Virus record (IMG/VR): IMGVR_UViG_3300025653_004519 | Location: 1 to 52,464 of that record | Length of the DNA stretch: 52,464 nucleotides | DNA from: a virus | Lineage: Duplodnaviria > Caudoviricetes | Strand: one strand, 5' to 3' | Shown here: positions 28,262 through 37,164 of the stretch, one piece after another | Numbering within the stretch: the first letter of the stretch is position 1 | Layout of the letters: the number at the start of each line of letters is the position of its first letter | Translations under genes and position numbers: made by a program | The notes under the pieces: generated by a model | Databases searched by the model: none | What the model was told of the DNA's origin: nothing | Seen by the model: the letters and a program-made list of their open reading frames with translations, nothing else

Positions 28262-29643
28262 TTACTTATATTTTCTAATCTTTCTATTTCGTTTTTAATT
28301 TTTATATTCCAAGGACCCCAAGTAATATTATCAACCATCCACTTTCTATAATAAGGTGGGATTGATGCAACTGGTTTACCTTTATATTTTCCAAAGGTCA
28401 TATATACTTTTTCTATATCACCATCTTCGTTTGTTTTTTCTGCAAGATTAATACCACCTTCTAAGTGAATACCAATTTCGTGCATTGGAATACCTGTGAT
28501 TTGTTTCTTACCCTCACCAAACAATTCCCATTCTTCACCACCAGTATCTTTGTAATAAAGTTCTTCTACTTTACCAAACTTTTCTACTGAACCTACAAAA
28601 TCAACCACCAAACAATTTTCTTTTTGTGGATGAATACGAGTTCCTCTACCAACAAATTGATACCACCAAGATATAGATGCGGTTGGTCTACCTGTAATCA
28701 AACAATCTAATTCAGGATAATCAAACCCAACTGTAAGTACATTAACTTGTACGATAACTCGTATCTGTTGGTTTCTAAATTCTTCTATGATTCTTTTTCT
28801 TTCTTGCTTAGGTGTACCACCATGTACTACTGCTGCTTGAGGAATCTTTCTAGCAAGTTCTGTTGCTTGTTCTATCGTTGGTACTGCAACTAATATAGAT
28901 TTTCTATCATATACTTCTTCAATCTTTTTTACAATCTTATCACCAATGTTTTGGTTCTCATAAGAACGAGCAATAGATTCTTGTGTATATTCTGCACCAC
29001 TCGAATTATAAACTAAAGCACCAGTATCGAAATCATAAGATTGATATTCTAATGGAGTCCAATAACCTAACTTAACAATATCTTGAATCTGAGAAACATG
29101 AAGGATGTATTTAAAGAACACTCCATGTTTAGAACGATTTGTTAGCATTACCAACTTTGAAAATGGACCGGTATCTCCCATGTTGGTTTGTAATTTTAAG
29201 GGGGTAGCAGTAAGACCAAGTATGTGAGTTGCTTTCATACCATCCACAAATCTCCTTAATTGTCCTGATTTGTTTCTTGGGTATCTATCGCACTCATCTA
29301 TGATAATCTTAGTGACCCCCATCTCTTTAAACTTATACGCAATATTGATTATGGAACCAATCGTTGCATAAGTTACATCACCTAATTCTTTACTTCCCAT
29401 TGAAGCAGAATAGATAGATGCCTCTCCACCGAGAGTTATAAACTTGTCATAGTTTTGTTCTAAAAGTTCTTTTGATGGTTGTAGAACCAAAATCTTCTCA
29501 CCAAGTTCTTTTGCAATTGCAGCGATAACAATCGATTTACCGAAGGCAGTTGGTGCTACGATAATCGATGGTTTCATTTTTGGAGTTCGTAAAAACTCAA
29601 CTCCAATTGCTACTGGTTCTATTTGGTTTTCTCTTAGTTTCAT
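28258..29643 (-). CDS. SF2 DNA helicase (RadD/YejH/UvsW-like)
   Basis: PTAFGKS, DECD, TAT, GFDYP, QFVGRGTR; C-terminal MTFGKYKG module. Confidence 0.88.
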   Translation of the reverse strand: MKLRENQIEPVAIGVEFLRTPKMKPSIIVAPTAFGKSIVIAAIAKELGEKILVLQPSKELLEQNYDKFITLGGEASIYSASMGSKELGDVTYATIGSIINIAYKFKEMGVTKIIIDECDRYPRNKSGQLRRFVDGMKATHILGLTATPLKLQTNMGDTGPFSKLVMLTNRSKHGVFFKYILHVSQIQDIVKLGYWTPLEYQSYDFDTGALVYNSSGAEYTQESIARSYENQNIGDKIVKKIEEVYDRKSILVAVPTIEQATELARKIPQAAVVHGGTPKQERKRIIEEFRNQQIRVIVQVNVLTVGFDYPELDCLITGRPTASISWWYQFVGRGTRIHPQKENCLVVDFVGSVEKFGKVEELYYKDTGGEEWELFGEGKKQITGIPMHEIGIHLEGGINLAEKTNEDGDIEKVYMTFGKYKGKPVASIPPYYRKWMVDNITWGPWNIKIKNEIERLENISK

Positions 29644-29667
29644 TTAGTGACAACTAACATTATATTT

Positions 29668-30699
29668 TTAAATTAAGGTATTATTGTTATAATTTTTTAC
29701 AAATGTTGACCAAGATGAAATTGGAAATGGTATAAATGATTTACAATTAATTAGTGAAAATAAATCAATTAAATTTCCTAATACTGAATTGTTAGGCCAC
29801 TTTGTAAATTTGTTTTCAATAATATTTCCAATATCTTTATAAAGATGATTTTTAGTATAAATACTTTCTTTAAATTTATTAATAATTGGTTCAATAAATT
29901 TATCATCAACATCATATGATATATAAAATTTTTGATTTTTGTTTTTTTCTAATATAGATTTAATTAAATTAACATAATACTCGTTTGATATATATCTTGG
30001 GATTGGTTCTGCATCGGAAATACAAAATTCATATTTTTTCATATATGGTATTATATCCATATCTTCTTCTTTTACAACCCCACTAATACCAAGAACATCT
30101 TCATATCGTTTTCCTAGTTCAGGAGGAAAAACTCCATTACCCCTTCTTATATGAATTCCAATTAAGTTATTACATTTATTTTTTATATATTCGTTTACTT
30201 TATCGTTTTTAAATTTTATTTTAGCTATATTTTTTTTAGCCTTATAGTTAATTAAATAACTACCATCACTATATAAAAAATTAGTATAATATTCATTTAT
30301 GTTTTTAAACTCATCAGAAAAACATAAATCTAAGTTATTAATTGGTTGGATATTATTTTCTATTAAAAACTCTTCTTTATCTTTTTTATAAGTTTCATAT
30401 AAATCATATCCATAGTCAAAACAAATTGTATTTGGTAAATCTATATATTCCAACTCTGGCCACCATTTTTTTTCTACATATATTTTATATTCAAAATTAT
30501 GATATCTTGATATGTTATATACTTCATTCCAATGAAATAATCTGTTAGTTAATGCGGAATCAGGTGCTATTTCTGAAAAGTGTTTTTCTTCATTACTTAG
30601 CTCATCAATTGATTTAAATCCACGAATGATACAACCTAAGTGAATTTTTTTCATAATTTGTATTTTTTTTTCCACAACTCCTCGAAGCCAGAACCCCAT
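29668..30699 (-). CDS. Fucosyltransferase-like glycosyltransferase (GT11/GT23 type); start probably ATG at 30654
   Basis: IGIHIRRG, FYISYD, DLFSLINC...SSWS. Confidence 0.7.
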   Translation of the reverse strand: MGFWLRGVVEKKIQIMKKIHLGCIIRGFKSIDELSNEEKHFSEIAPDSALTNRLFHWNEVYNISRYHNFEYKIYVEKKWWPELEYIDLPNTICFDYGYDLYETYKKDKEEFLIENNIQPINNLDLCFSDEFKNINEYYTNFLYSDGSYLINYKAKKNIAKIKFKNDKVNEYIKNKCNNLIGIHIRRGNGVFPPELGKRYEDVLGISGVVKEEDMDIIPYMKKYEFCISDAEPIPRYISNEYYVNLIKSILEKNKNQKFYISYDVDDKFIEPIINKFKESIYTKNHLYKDIGNIIENKFTKWPNNSVLGNLIDLFSLINCKSFIPFPISSWSTFVKNYNNNTLI

Positions 30700-30866
30700 C
30701 CTATTTGAAGGATTTCGTTTTCGTGAGGAATATATGGTTTTCTTTTATTACCATCTAAGATATCATCCGGTCTTATGTGAGTAAAAACCTCTAATTTAAT
30801 TTTAGAATTTTTACGAGGACTCTTATGTACTACAACTACCGGTATTGATTTATTTAAATTACCCAA
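30651..30866 (-). CDS. Hypothetical protein
   Basis: ORF in the tiled array. Confidence 0.55.
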   Translation of the reverse strand: MGNLNKSIPVVVVHKSPRKNSKIKLEVFTHIRPDDILDGNKRKPYIPHENEILQIGWGSGFEELWKKKYKL

Positions 30867-31128
30867 CTATCTTTACAATTTTTACTTCACACTCTTTCCA
30901 ATTTTTTAAGAGTTTTTCTGAAGCTTGTTTATAATAATCTCTTTCTTTTTTTACTTCGTGATACTTTTGTTCCCACGAAACTTCTTTTTGTACTGTACTA
31001 AAACTTGTAAGTAATACTACACCCAATACTAAGATAGTGGATATTACCAACCACTTAATATTCCATTTAATAATTTTTGAATCTTTCATAACTTTTTTTT
31101 TAAACCCAAGGAAATAGTAGTGAAACAA
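30859..31128 (-). CDS. Single-TM coiled-coil protein (start probably MKDSK)
   Basis: Hydrophobic helix then coiled coil. Confidence 0.5.
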   Translation of the reverse strand: MFHYYFLGFKKKVMKDSKIIKWNIKWLVISTILVLGVVLLTSFSTVQKEVSWEQKYHEVKKERDYYKQASEKLLKNWKECEVKIVKIVG

Positions 31129-31342
31129 GAAATGCAGTAACCAAACCGATTACAGACCAAACTAATATTTTGTAATTGTTTTCAACTTGTCTATCACTTC
31201 TACCTTGTTGACTTCTGTATTGTCTTTCGTTCTCGATGTCATTGATTAAGAAACCAATTCTTTCTTTTGCTATTATTGGAGATTCTTCTTCCAATAACTT
31301 TTTAATCTGTTTTAGATTTTTTGTAATTTCTGATTTATTCAT
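31100..31342 (-). CDS. Small protein with C-terminal TM anchor
   Basis: ILVWSVIGLVTAFLVSLLF. Confidence 0.55.
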   Translation of the reverse strand: MNKSEITKNLKQIKKLLEEESPIIAKERIGFLINDIENERQYRSQQGRSDRQVENNYKILVWSVIGLVTAFLVSLLFPWV

Positions 31343-31350
31343 AGTTTATA

Positions 31351-31479
31351 TTAATTACCACGACCTACTTTACGAATACCCATATTCTTTCCTTTACCCT
31401 TTGAATTGGATTTAGGATTGAATTTAGTATTCTTATTATTCTTGTTATCGTGTTTGTTTCCGAAAAATTTACTTCCCAT
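31351..31479 (-). CDS. Small basic Lys/Asn/Gly-rich protein (42 aa)
   Basis: Read by hand: MGSKFFGNKHDNKNNKNTKFNPKSNSKGKGKNMGIRKVGRGN; AAGGAG RBS. Confidence 0.55.
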   Translation of the reverse strand: MGSKFFGNKHDNKNNKNTKFNPKSNSKGKGKNMGIRKVGRGN

Positions 31480-31630
31480 CGTGATGTCTCCTTTTTATTT
31501 TTTTATATTTCTTTTTAAGATTTTTAGCATCTGCACTTGCTCTCTTCTCAATTGTTTCTAAAGTTTCTTTAACTTTTTTTCTTTTCTCTCTTGCAGTTTC
31601 TGATTTCTGTAATCTTTTACCTCTGTCCAT
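31469..31630 (-). CDS. Small basic helical protein (53 aa)
   Basis: Read by hand: MDRGKRLQKSETAREKRKK...KRRHHDGK. Confidence 0.55.
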   Translation of the reverse strand: MDRGKRLQKSETAREKRKKVKETLETIEKRASADAKNLKKKYKKIKRRHHDGK

Positions 31631-31645
31631 AATTAAATAAATTTA

Positions 31646-32548
31646 TCATTCGTATTGAATATTAACCGCATTTTCAAAAGCGGAATAATTTGGATGATTT
31701 ATTGGTAAATATTTATTATTATAATTATTTTCTACCCATTCATCGTAATGTACTTCCCACATTTCTGAAATACCTCTTCTTATAAATTTTGTGGACAATC
31801 CGCCGTTGCTTGGATTTTTATGTTTTAATATTTTTTTATCCACCAATTCTTTTGTTGCTACAGCAAGTCCTGTATGTGATGTTTTATGTTTTTCTATATC
31901 TAAGTATTGAATCCATGTTTTCATAGATTCTTTAGTACCATACATCCATATATCATTAAAAAAGGTACCATTGAATAAATCAGAAGGAGTGTTGGTATAT
32001 ATGGTATTATTGTTTAGATTATATAATGATTCTAATTCAAACATAGATTTATGATTATGTGGTGCTATAATTACACTATCCATTCTTATCATAAATATAT
32101 TTTCATATGAATCCCAATTATTACTTGTAAGTACATCATCTAACGCATGTTTCCAATGATATATCATACAAGCAGTGGTATAATCTTTATTTGCCTTTTT
32201 CCATGAATGTATTCTACATGCCTTTGGGTTCAAAGATGAAAACATTTCTTGCGTTATCCATTCTTTATATTCAAATGATATCTGATGTTTGTTATCTTTT
32301 GGTAAAAAATATTCATTTGAATTTTCAGTAAAATTAGATAAATCAAGATTTTTTGGATTAAAATAAGGTATTGTTTTGATTTTCCAATCATTTATTAATT
32401 TATCAAATTCTACCCAACAACATCTTTTTTCGGTACTTAAATCCCAAGTAGATATAAAAATATCAAAATTATCAGGTATGTTCCAAAACTTACTTGCAGT
32501 TTCAAAAGTTCTATATTCACCAAATATTATAAGTGCCTGTTTTTTCAT
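31646..32548 (-). CDS. Putative glycosyltransferase-like protein
   Basis: ALIIFGEYR, DIFISTWD, IFMIRMD, FNDIW pattern. Confidence 0.5.
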   Translation of the reverse strand: MKKQALIIFGEYRTFETASKFWNIPDNFDIFISTWDLSTEKRCCWVEFDKLINDWKIKTIPYFNPKNLDLSNFTENSNEYFLPKDNKHQISFEYKEWITQEMFSSLNPKACRIHSWKKANKDYTTACMIYHWKHALDDVLTSNNWDSYENIFMIRMDSVIIAPHNHKSMFELESLYNLNNNTIYTNTPSDLFNGTFFNDIWMYGTKESMKTWIQYLDIEKHKTSHTGLAVATKELVDKKILKHKNPSNGGLSTKFIRRGISEMWEVHYDEWVENNYNNKYLPINHPNYSAFENAVNIQYE

Positions 32549-33444
32549 TTTATAAATGGTAATATAGATAACTCTTTTGCCTTAGCCTCTACCATAACAT
32601 CTACATCGTTACCATATAAGTTAGGTAACTCGTTGATATAATCTGAGTGAGCCTGTGGTTTGAGTTTCTCATTGTTTTCATGTAATTGTTTTGATTCCGA
32701 ATAGTGAACTATCGGTTTAATATCTTTTGGCCATGTAGAGATTGCCAACTCCAATGCCTCTTGTTCTGATAAACCACCTGTATTGAATGTGTGGTGATGA
32801 TAATCAAATACAATAGGAATACCAATTCTTTCGTGTATGTACATCAAATCTTTTACTGAGTACATAGATGCTTTATCATCGTTCTCTACTGTCAATCTAC
32901 CTTGTACTGCTGGAGAGAGTTTTTCAAAGTTCTTACAGAATCTATCCATAGCAGAAATCTTATCACCATACACACCATTACAATGAATGTTTAGTTTGTT
33001 GTATGGAGTACGAGATAGCCCCAACATATCAAATACTTTACCATGTAATTCTAAATCGGTAATTGTATTTTCTACAACATGGTCACGAGGAGATACAAGT
33101 ACATTGAAAGGGCCAGGATGTGCGGTAATACGAATACCATTGGTAGTTGCATAATGACCACACGCCTGAAGTATTGTTTCAATTCGTTTGTAGTATGGTG
33201 AGTTTTCAATACCATACTCTGAAGCCCATGGAAATATATCAGAAGATAATCTGAAACATTTGATGTTATTCTGATTGTTCCATTCTAAAATAGTGAATAA
33301 GTCTCTGGCGTTTTGAAGAGATAATTCACCAGCATAATCTACACCCTTCTCTAAGAAGGTTCTTTTAATCATTGAACGATTAGTAGTTACTTTTGGTTTT
33401 TGTTTACCAAGAGTCATGTTAATACAAGCGTATCCTAAATTCAT
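32545..33444 (-). CDS. uvsE: UV-damage endonuclease
   Basis: LGYACIN, FRLSS, HPGPF, ENDD, FDYHH, HSDY, MVEAKAKE. Confidence 0.93.
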   Translation of the reverse strand: MNLGYACINMTLGKQKPKVTTNRSMIKRTFLEKGVDYAGELSLQNARDLFTILEWNNQNNIKCFRLSSDIFPWASEYGIENSPYYKRIETILQACGHYATTNGIRITAHPGPFNVLVSPRDHVVENTITDLELHGKVFDMLGLSRTPYNKLNIHCNGVYGDKISAMDRFCKNFEKLSPAVQGRLTVENDDKASMYSVKDLMYIHERIGIPIVFDYHHHTFNTGGLSEQEALELAISTWPKDIKPIVHYSESKQLHENNEKLKPQAHSDYINELPNLYGNDVDVMVEAKAKELSILPFIK

Positions 33445-33474
33445 ATTTATTCTTTTATAGTTTATTTACTAATG

Positions 33475-33506
33475 TAAATATACGAAAAAAAATTGATATA
33501 TCCAAG
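33475..33506 (-). promoter_or_regulatory. Bacteroidota-type early promoter
   Basis: CTTG-N20-TATATTTA. Confidence 0.75.
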
Positions 33507-33508
33507 CT

Positions 33509-33847
33509 TTATAGTGAAAAACTTTCACCACATCCACAAGTTCTTTGCGCATTTGGATTAGACCATTCAAATCCTTTACCATTCAATCCACTTGAATAAT
33601 CCAATTGTGAACCTAAAAGATACATAAAAGATTGTTTATCTACAACTACATTTATACTTTCGGTTTCGAATGTTTTATCTCCTTCAAGTAAATCATTCTT
33701 TTCACCAAACTCCATAAAGTATTGTAAACCACTACAACCACCACTTAATACACCAACTCTAAGGTGATGTGTTTCTGGTGATTTATCTTCTTCTTGTAAG
33801 TTTTGTAGTAATTGTTTATTTGCTCTTTCTGTAATCTGTACTGACAT
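33509..33847 (-). CDS. iscA: A-type Fe-S carrier (IscA/HesB family)
   Basis: GGCSG, NPNA..TCGCGESF. Confidence 0.9.
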   Translation of the reverse strand: MSVQITERANKQLLQNLQEEDKSPETHHLRVGVLSGGCSGLQYFMEFGEKNDLLEGDKTFETESINVVVDKQSFMYLLGSQLDYSSGLNGKGFEWSNPNAQRTCGCGESFSL

Positions 33848-33848
33848 A

Positions 33849-35051
33849 TTAATATGTTTTTGAGTTAAAATCTGTTGGGTATTGTTCTTTAATTCTATCT
33901 AATTGACCTTGAGAACCTCCCTTTTTAGTTATCCAATAGTTAATTGCGTTTCTATCATTAATCCATCTTTCTCTTCTTGACCAATCAAACCAAGGATGTT
34001 GGTAATATGGGTTACCATCAAAAGAGTTTTTCCATCCTGTTGATTCGTAGTATTTTCTTTTTTCTTCTTCAGTTACAATACCATCTTTATCTAAATCTGC
34101 AATATCAAATTCTTTTTTCTTTCTTGGTTTTCTTTTTTTAGGTAATGGTTTAATTTCTAATAATTCTTTTACTTCAATTTCTTCCAATGGAGTTTCATCT
34201 TCATCTGGCTTTTCATCATATAACTCTCTCTTACGAATTACTTTATCTTTTTTAACAATACCACTATCTACTCTAACTGCATTGTTAAAAGCAACTACAA
34301 GTGCAACTGCAAGTGGGTCAAATACAAATATAATAATTAAGATTAGGTAATTAATAATCCTATCCATACCAACACCAGTCAATCCACTTAGATATTGTAG
34401 TGGTCCTAATTCTGATGCTCCTTCTAAGTTTGTATCTAACTCTAAGATTTTTATCTGTATTGATTGTAGTGAATCTGCTGCTACTTCTCTTTTGGATTGA
34501 ACACCTTTCCTATTTTCTTCTTCAACTTCAATACGAGATTGTGATAACCTAAGTTCTGCAGTGGAGATTGTGGTTCTAACGCCTCCAACCACCGAGGTGT
34601 CTCGTACTTGGATTTGTTGAGATTTAGCATTGGAAAGAGTACTAATGTTATTAGATATTCTTTCAAGTTCTTTATCATATCTAGCAACATCATCAGAGTA
34701 GAACTTTTCTTTTTGTTGTAAGAATACTTTTTGTTTTTCATTTACTGAGAATTGATTAAAGGTATCTTGAAACGCAGATGTAAGGAATCCATATATACCA
34801 AGTGAAGTAATTAATACAAGTATAACCACACCTGTAACTAAATACCATCTAAATACTTTATTTATCTTTTCCCAATAGTTGTAAAGATATCCTGCGGTAA
34901 TTAGTTTTGCCGCTTCAAGTGAACTTGCCATTAAGATTACAGATAATGAAGCACCAGCAAATAGTTTCGATAATCCACTTACCGAAAAGAAAGCGGCATT
35001 AAATGCTACAAAAAGAGCTGATAACCCTAATAGTAAAGTTCTAAATTTCAT
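33849..35051 (-). CDS. Multi-TM coiled-coil membrane protein
   Basis: Three N-terminal TMs, coiled coil, ELGPL, IFVFDPLA TM; EF-hand-like loop DLDKDGIVTEEE. Confidence 0.7.
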   Translation of the reverse strand: MKFRTLLLGLSALFVAFNAAFFSVSGLSKLFAGASLSVILMASSLEAAKLITAGYLYNYWEKINKVFRWYLVTGVVILVLITSLGIYGFLTSAFQDTFNQFSVNEKQKVFLQQKEKFYSDDVARYDKELERISNNISTLSNAKSQQIQVRDTSVVGGVRTTISTAELRLSQSRIEVEEENRKGVQSKREVAADSLQSIQIKILELDTNLEGASELGPLQYLSGLTGVGMDRIINYLILIIIFVFDPLAVALVVAFNNAVRVDSGIVKKDKVIRKRELYDEKPDEDETPLEEIEVKELLEIKPLPKKRKPRKKKEFDIADLDKDGIVTEEEKRKYYESTGWKNSFDGNPYYQHPWFDWSRRERWINDRNAINYWITKKGGSQGQLDRIKEQYPTDFNSKTY

Positions 35052-35057
35052 TTGATA

Positions 35058-35237
35058 TTATCCTCGTTCTACAACCTCTTGGATTTCACCAAGTACTTTG
35101 ATTACTTGTTGTAGATTCGAATCTGCCATTTTGGAATCAGCAGGTCTTTTTCCTGTTACCATCTCTTGTACTACTGTTAATTTAGTAATAGAAGATTCTA
35201 AACTGTTTGTAACCCTACCTTTATATATTTCTTTCAT
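35058..35237 (-). CDS. Small hypothetical late protein (59 aa)
   Basis: Read by hand: MKEIYKGRVTNSLESS...VVERG; late motif upstream. Confidence 0.6.
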   Translation of the reverse strand: MKEIYKGRVTNSLESSITKLTVVQEMVTGKRPADSKMADSNLQQVIKVLGEIQEVVERG

Positions 35238-35261
35238 ATATGATATGTTTTATTGTGTACT

Positions 35262-35270
35262 TATAAATAT
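35262..35270 (-). promoter_or_regulatory. Putative late promoter ATATTTATA
   Basis: Repeated motif after a terminator. Confidence 0.65.
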
Positions 35271-35278
35271 TAAGATAT

Positions 35279-35307
35279 AAAAAAAGGGAGATTTTACAAC
35301 CCCCCTT
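35279..35307 (-). terminator. Intrinsic terminator of the Hsp20 gene
   Basis: AAGGGGG...CTCCCTT plus T-run. Confidence 0.7.
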
Positions 35308-35328
35308 CCTTTTTTCTGATTATGGATA

Positions 35329-35700
35329 TTAATAAGAAATTTTCAAAGACTTGGCCTTTTTATTTACTTTCTTATCAATTTGGAGAGTGAGTAACCCATT
35401 ATCAAACTTAGCAGTTGTTTTTGTACCATCGTAATCAGTACCAACCGTAAGTGTTAAATCAATATCTTTTACAAAATGAGAAGTTCCTTCTCCTTTTTTA
35501 GATTTGATTTTGATTTCTTCTTCAGTAACATCTACTGTAATATCTTTCGGATTATGTCCAGCAGTGTTTACAATAACTTGTTGTTTTCCATCTTCTAACA
35601 CTTCTGCCTCGAAAGATGAGTTTAACCTGTTTGTTGTTTTTGTTGTGTAGATATCTCTAAAAAAATTATCTACGAAATTTTCATTAATTGTGTAAAACAT
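35329..35700 (-). CDS. Small heat-shock protein (Hsp20)
   Basis: AGHNPKDITVDV, AKFDNGLLTL, terminal LKI. Confidence 0.85.
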   Translation of the reverse strand: MFYTINENFVDNFFRDIYTTKTTNRLNSSFEAEVLEDGKQQVIVNTAGHNPKDITVDVTEEEIKIKSKKGEGTSHFVKDIDLTLTVGTDYDGTKTTAKFDNGLLTLQIDKKVNKKAKSLKISY

Positions 35701-35767
35701 AATATTCCTTTTTTAATTATTAAACATTTACTATATATTGTACCAAATCTATACCAATCTCAAAAGT

Positions 35768-35814
35768 ATGACAATTTGTCATTATATTCACTTTTGGTTA
35801 TGACAATTTGTCAT
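35768..35814. promoter_or_regulatory. Two ATGACAA-T-TTGTCAT palindromes, putative operator pair
   Basis: Identical 15-mers at 35768-35782 and 35800-35814, upstream of Hsp20. Confidence 0.75.
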
Positions 35815-36140
35815 TCTAAATCTCTCTTGGTTAATGCACGATATAAAATTTCTAATTCTTCTTCTGTTTTACAAATACCTAAACCAAAAAAATCAGATAT
35901 CTCAACAATATATTCTCCTTTATTTAAACCAAGTTCTTTCCACTCATCATTAGCAGAAGAAATAAATATAGGTGCATGTTCATCTGGATTATCTTTTGGT
36001 AGAGGTAAAATATAATATGTATATTTAGTTGGTTCTTCTGAATTAGTTTCTTCATATTCAGTATGTTTTTCCCAACCTTGCCTTTCAAATGTTTCCTTGG
36101 TAATTGGTATAAAAGGAAATTCAATAAAATCTTTACTCAT
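35811..36140 (-). CDS. Hypothetical protein
   Basis: 109-aa ORF in the tiled array. Confidence 0.6.
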   Translation of the reverse strand: MSKDFIEFPFIPITKETFERQGWEKHTEYEETNSEEPTKYTYYILPLPKDNPDEHAPIFISSANDEWKELGLNKGEYIVEISDFFGLGICKTEEELEILYRALTKRDLE

Positions 36141-36622
36141 TATTCTAATACAATTTTTATAGTATCAGTAACAAGATATTCTCGTATTGTACCTGTTAGT
36201 ATTAAGGTATCTCCCACCATTGTATTGATTGGTGCTATTACATTATGAACTTTACCATCAACCACATAAGATGCTTGATTAGATGTACTTACATCCTCTC
36301 CTTGATATACCCAAGTAAGATTACTATCCCAACTTACTTTTAATGGTTGATTTGAATAATAATTATCAATAGTACCACTAACTGTGTGTATTGTTTGGTT
36401 TGTATCTTGATTTAATTCTAAATGATAATACCCATTACCATCGATTGGTAACCTACCATCTATTTCTAATGTTGGTTGTTCTAATAAAAATATATCATCA
36501 TCTTGTGTTGTACATGATGATGCTAAAATCATTAGTACTACTATTAATACAAGTACAAAGTAGTTTGATAGTGTATTTAAAAAATCTTTCATTATAATAA
36601 ATAATCTAAGATAGAATCCCAA
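36140..36622 (-). CDS. Putative lipoprotein (start probably MKDFL)
   Basis: Hydrophobic leader, LASS-C lipobox, then TTQDDD. Confidence 0.6.
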   Translation of the reverse strand: MGFYLRLFIIMKDFLNTLSNYFVLVLIVVLMILASSCTTQDDDIFLLEQPTLEIDGRLPIDGNGYYHLELNQDTNQTIHTVSGTIDNYYSNQPLKVSWDSNLTWVYQGEDVSTSNQASYVVDGKVHNVIAPINTMVGDTLILTGTIREYLVTDTIKIVLE

Positions 36623-37107
36623 TCAGGATATTCGTTTGGTTTGTTATCATTTTCCCAATCATATCCAAATCTTAATAGTTCACCACTAAACTCACCAGCA
36701 CCATTCTTTAATCTATCATCAATAAGATAATCACCCATCAACAAATCTTTTCTGTGAGTGGTAAATAATCTTTTATGGAAGGTATCACCGAAGTAATCTT
36801 CTAACCAAAATCTTTTGTCAGTAAGAGATTGTGGATTACCCCAAGGAGCCGAGGTAGCTATGAACAATTCATACTTACCACTTTCGTGTAATTTTTTTAT
36901 AGCTTCGATAGCTCCTTTATATGGTGGAGCAATTCTAAACAAACCTTGTATGTGGTCAGGAAATGATTTGTATCTTTCTTTTAGGTGGGGATGATTTGTA
37001 AACCAATCTTCAATTGCTTTACCAAAGTCAACTAAGACTCCATCCATATCAATGTAAACTATTTTTTTGTTCAATATGTTTTTTTTAATGTTATTATTAT
37101 CACGCAT
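36592..37107 (-). CDS. 5'(3')-deoxyribonucleotidase (NT5C, HAD family)
   Basis: YIDMDGVLVDF, K..WL, HRKDLL.GDYLIDD. Confidence 0.88.
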   Translation of the reverse strand: MRDNNNIKKNILNKKIVYIDMDGVLVDFGKAIEDWFTNHPHLKERYKSFPDHIQGLFRIAPPYKGAIEAIKKLHESGKYELFIATSAPWGNPQSLTDKRFWLEDYFGDTFHKRLFTTHRKDLLMGDYLIDDRLKNGAGEFSGELLRFGYDWENDNKPNEYPDWDSILDYLL

Positions 37108-37115
37108 TTACTATG

Positions 37116-37147
37116 TAAATATACGAAAAATATTTGGATTTACCAAG
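37116..37147 (-). promoter_or_regulatory. Bacteroidota-type early promoter
   Basis: CTTG-N20-TATATTTA. Confidence 0.75.
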
Positions 37148-37164
37148 CTTTTTCTTACTTTTTT

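Noticed and set aside
29854-29861. TATAAATA inside the glycosyltransferase gene
   Set aside because: Intragenic, lacks the following T, and expected by chance in AT-rich DNA
36592-36615. C-terminal SILDYLL as a T4-style sliding-clamp motif
   Set aside because: A W..[IV]..YL ending is, from memory, normal for this nucleotidase family
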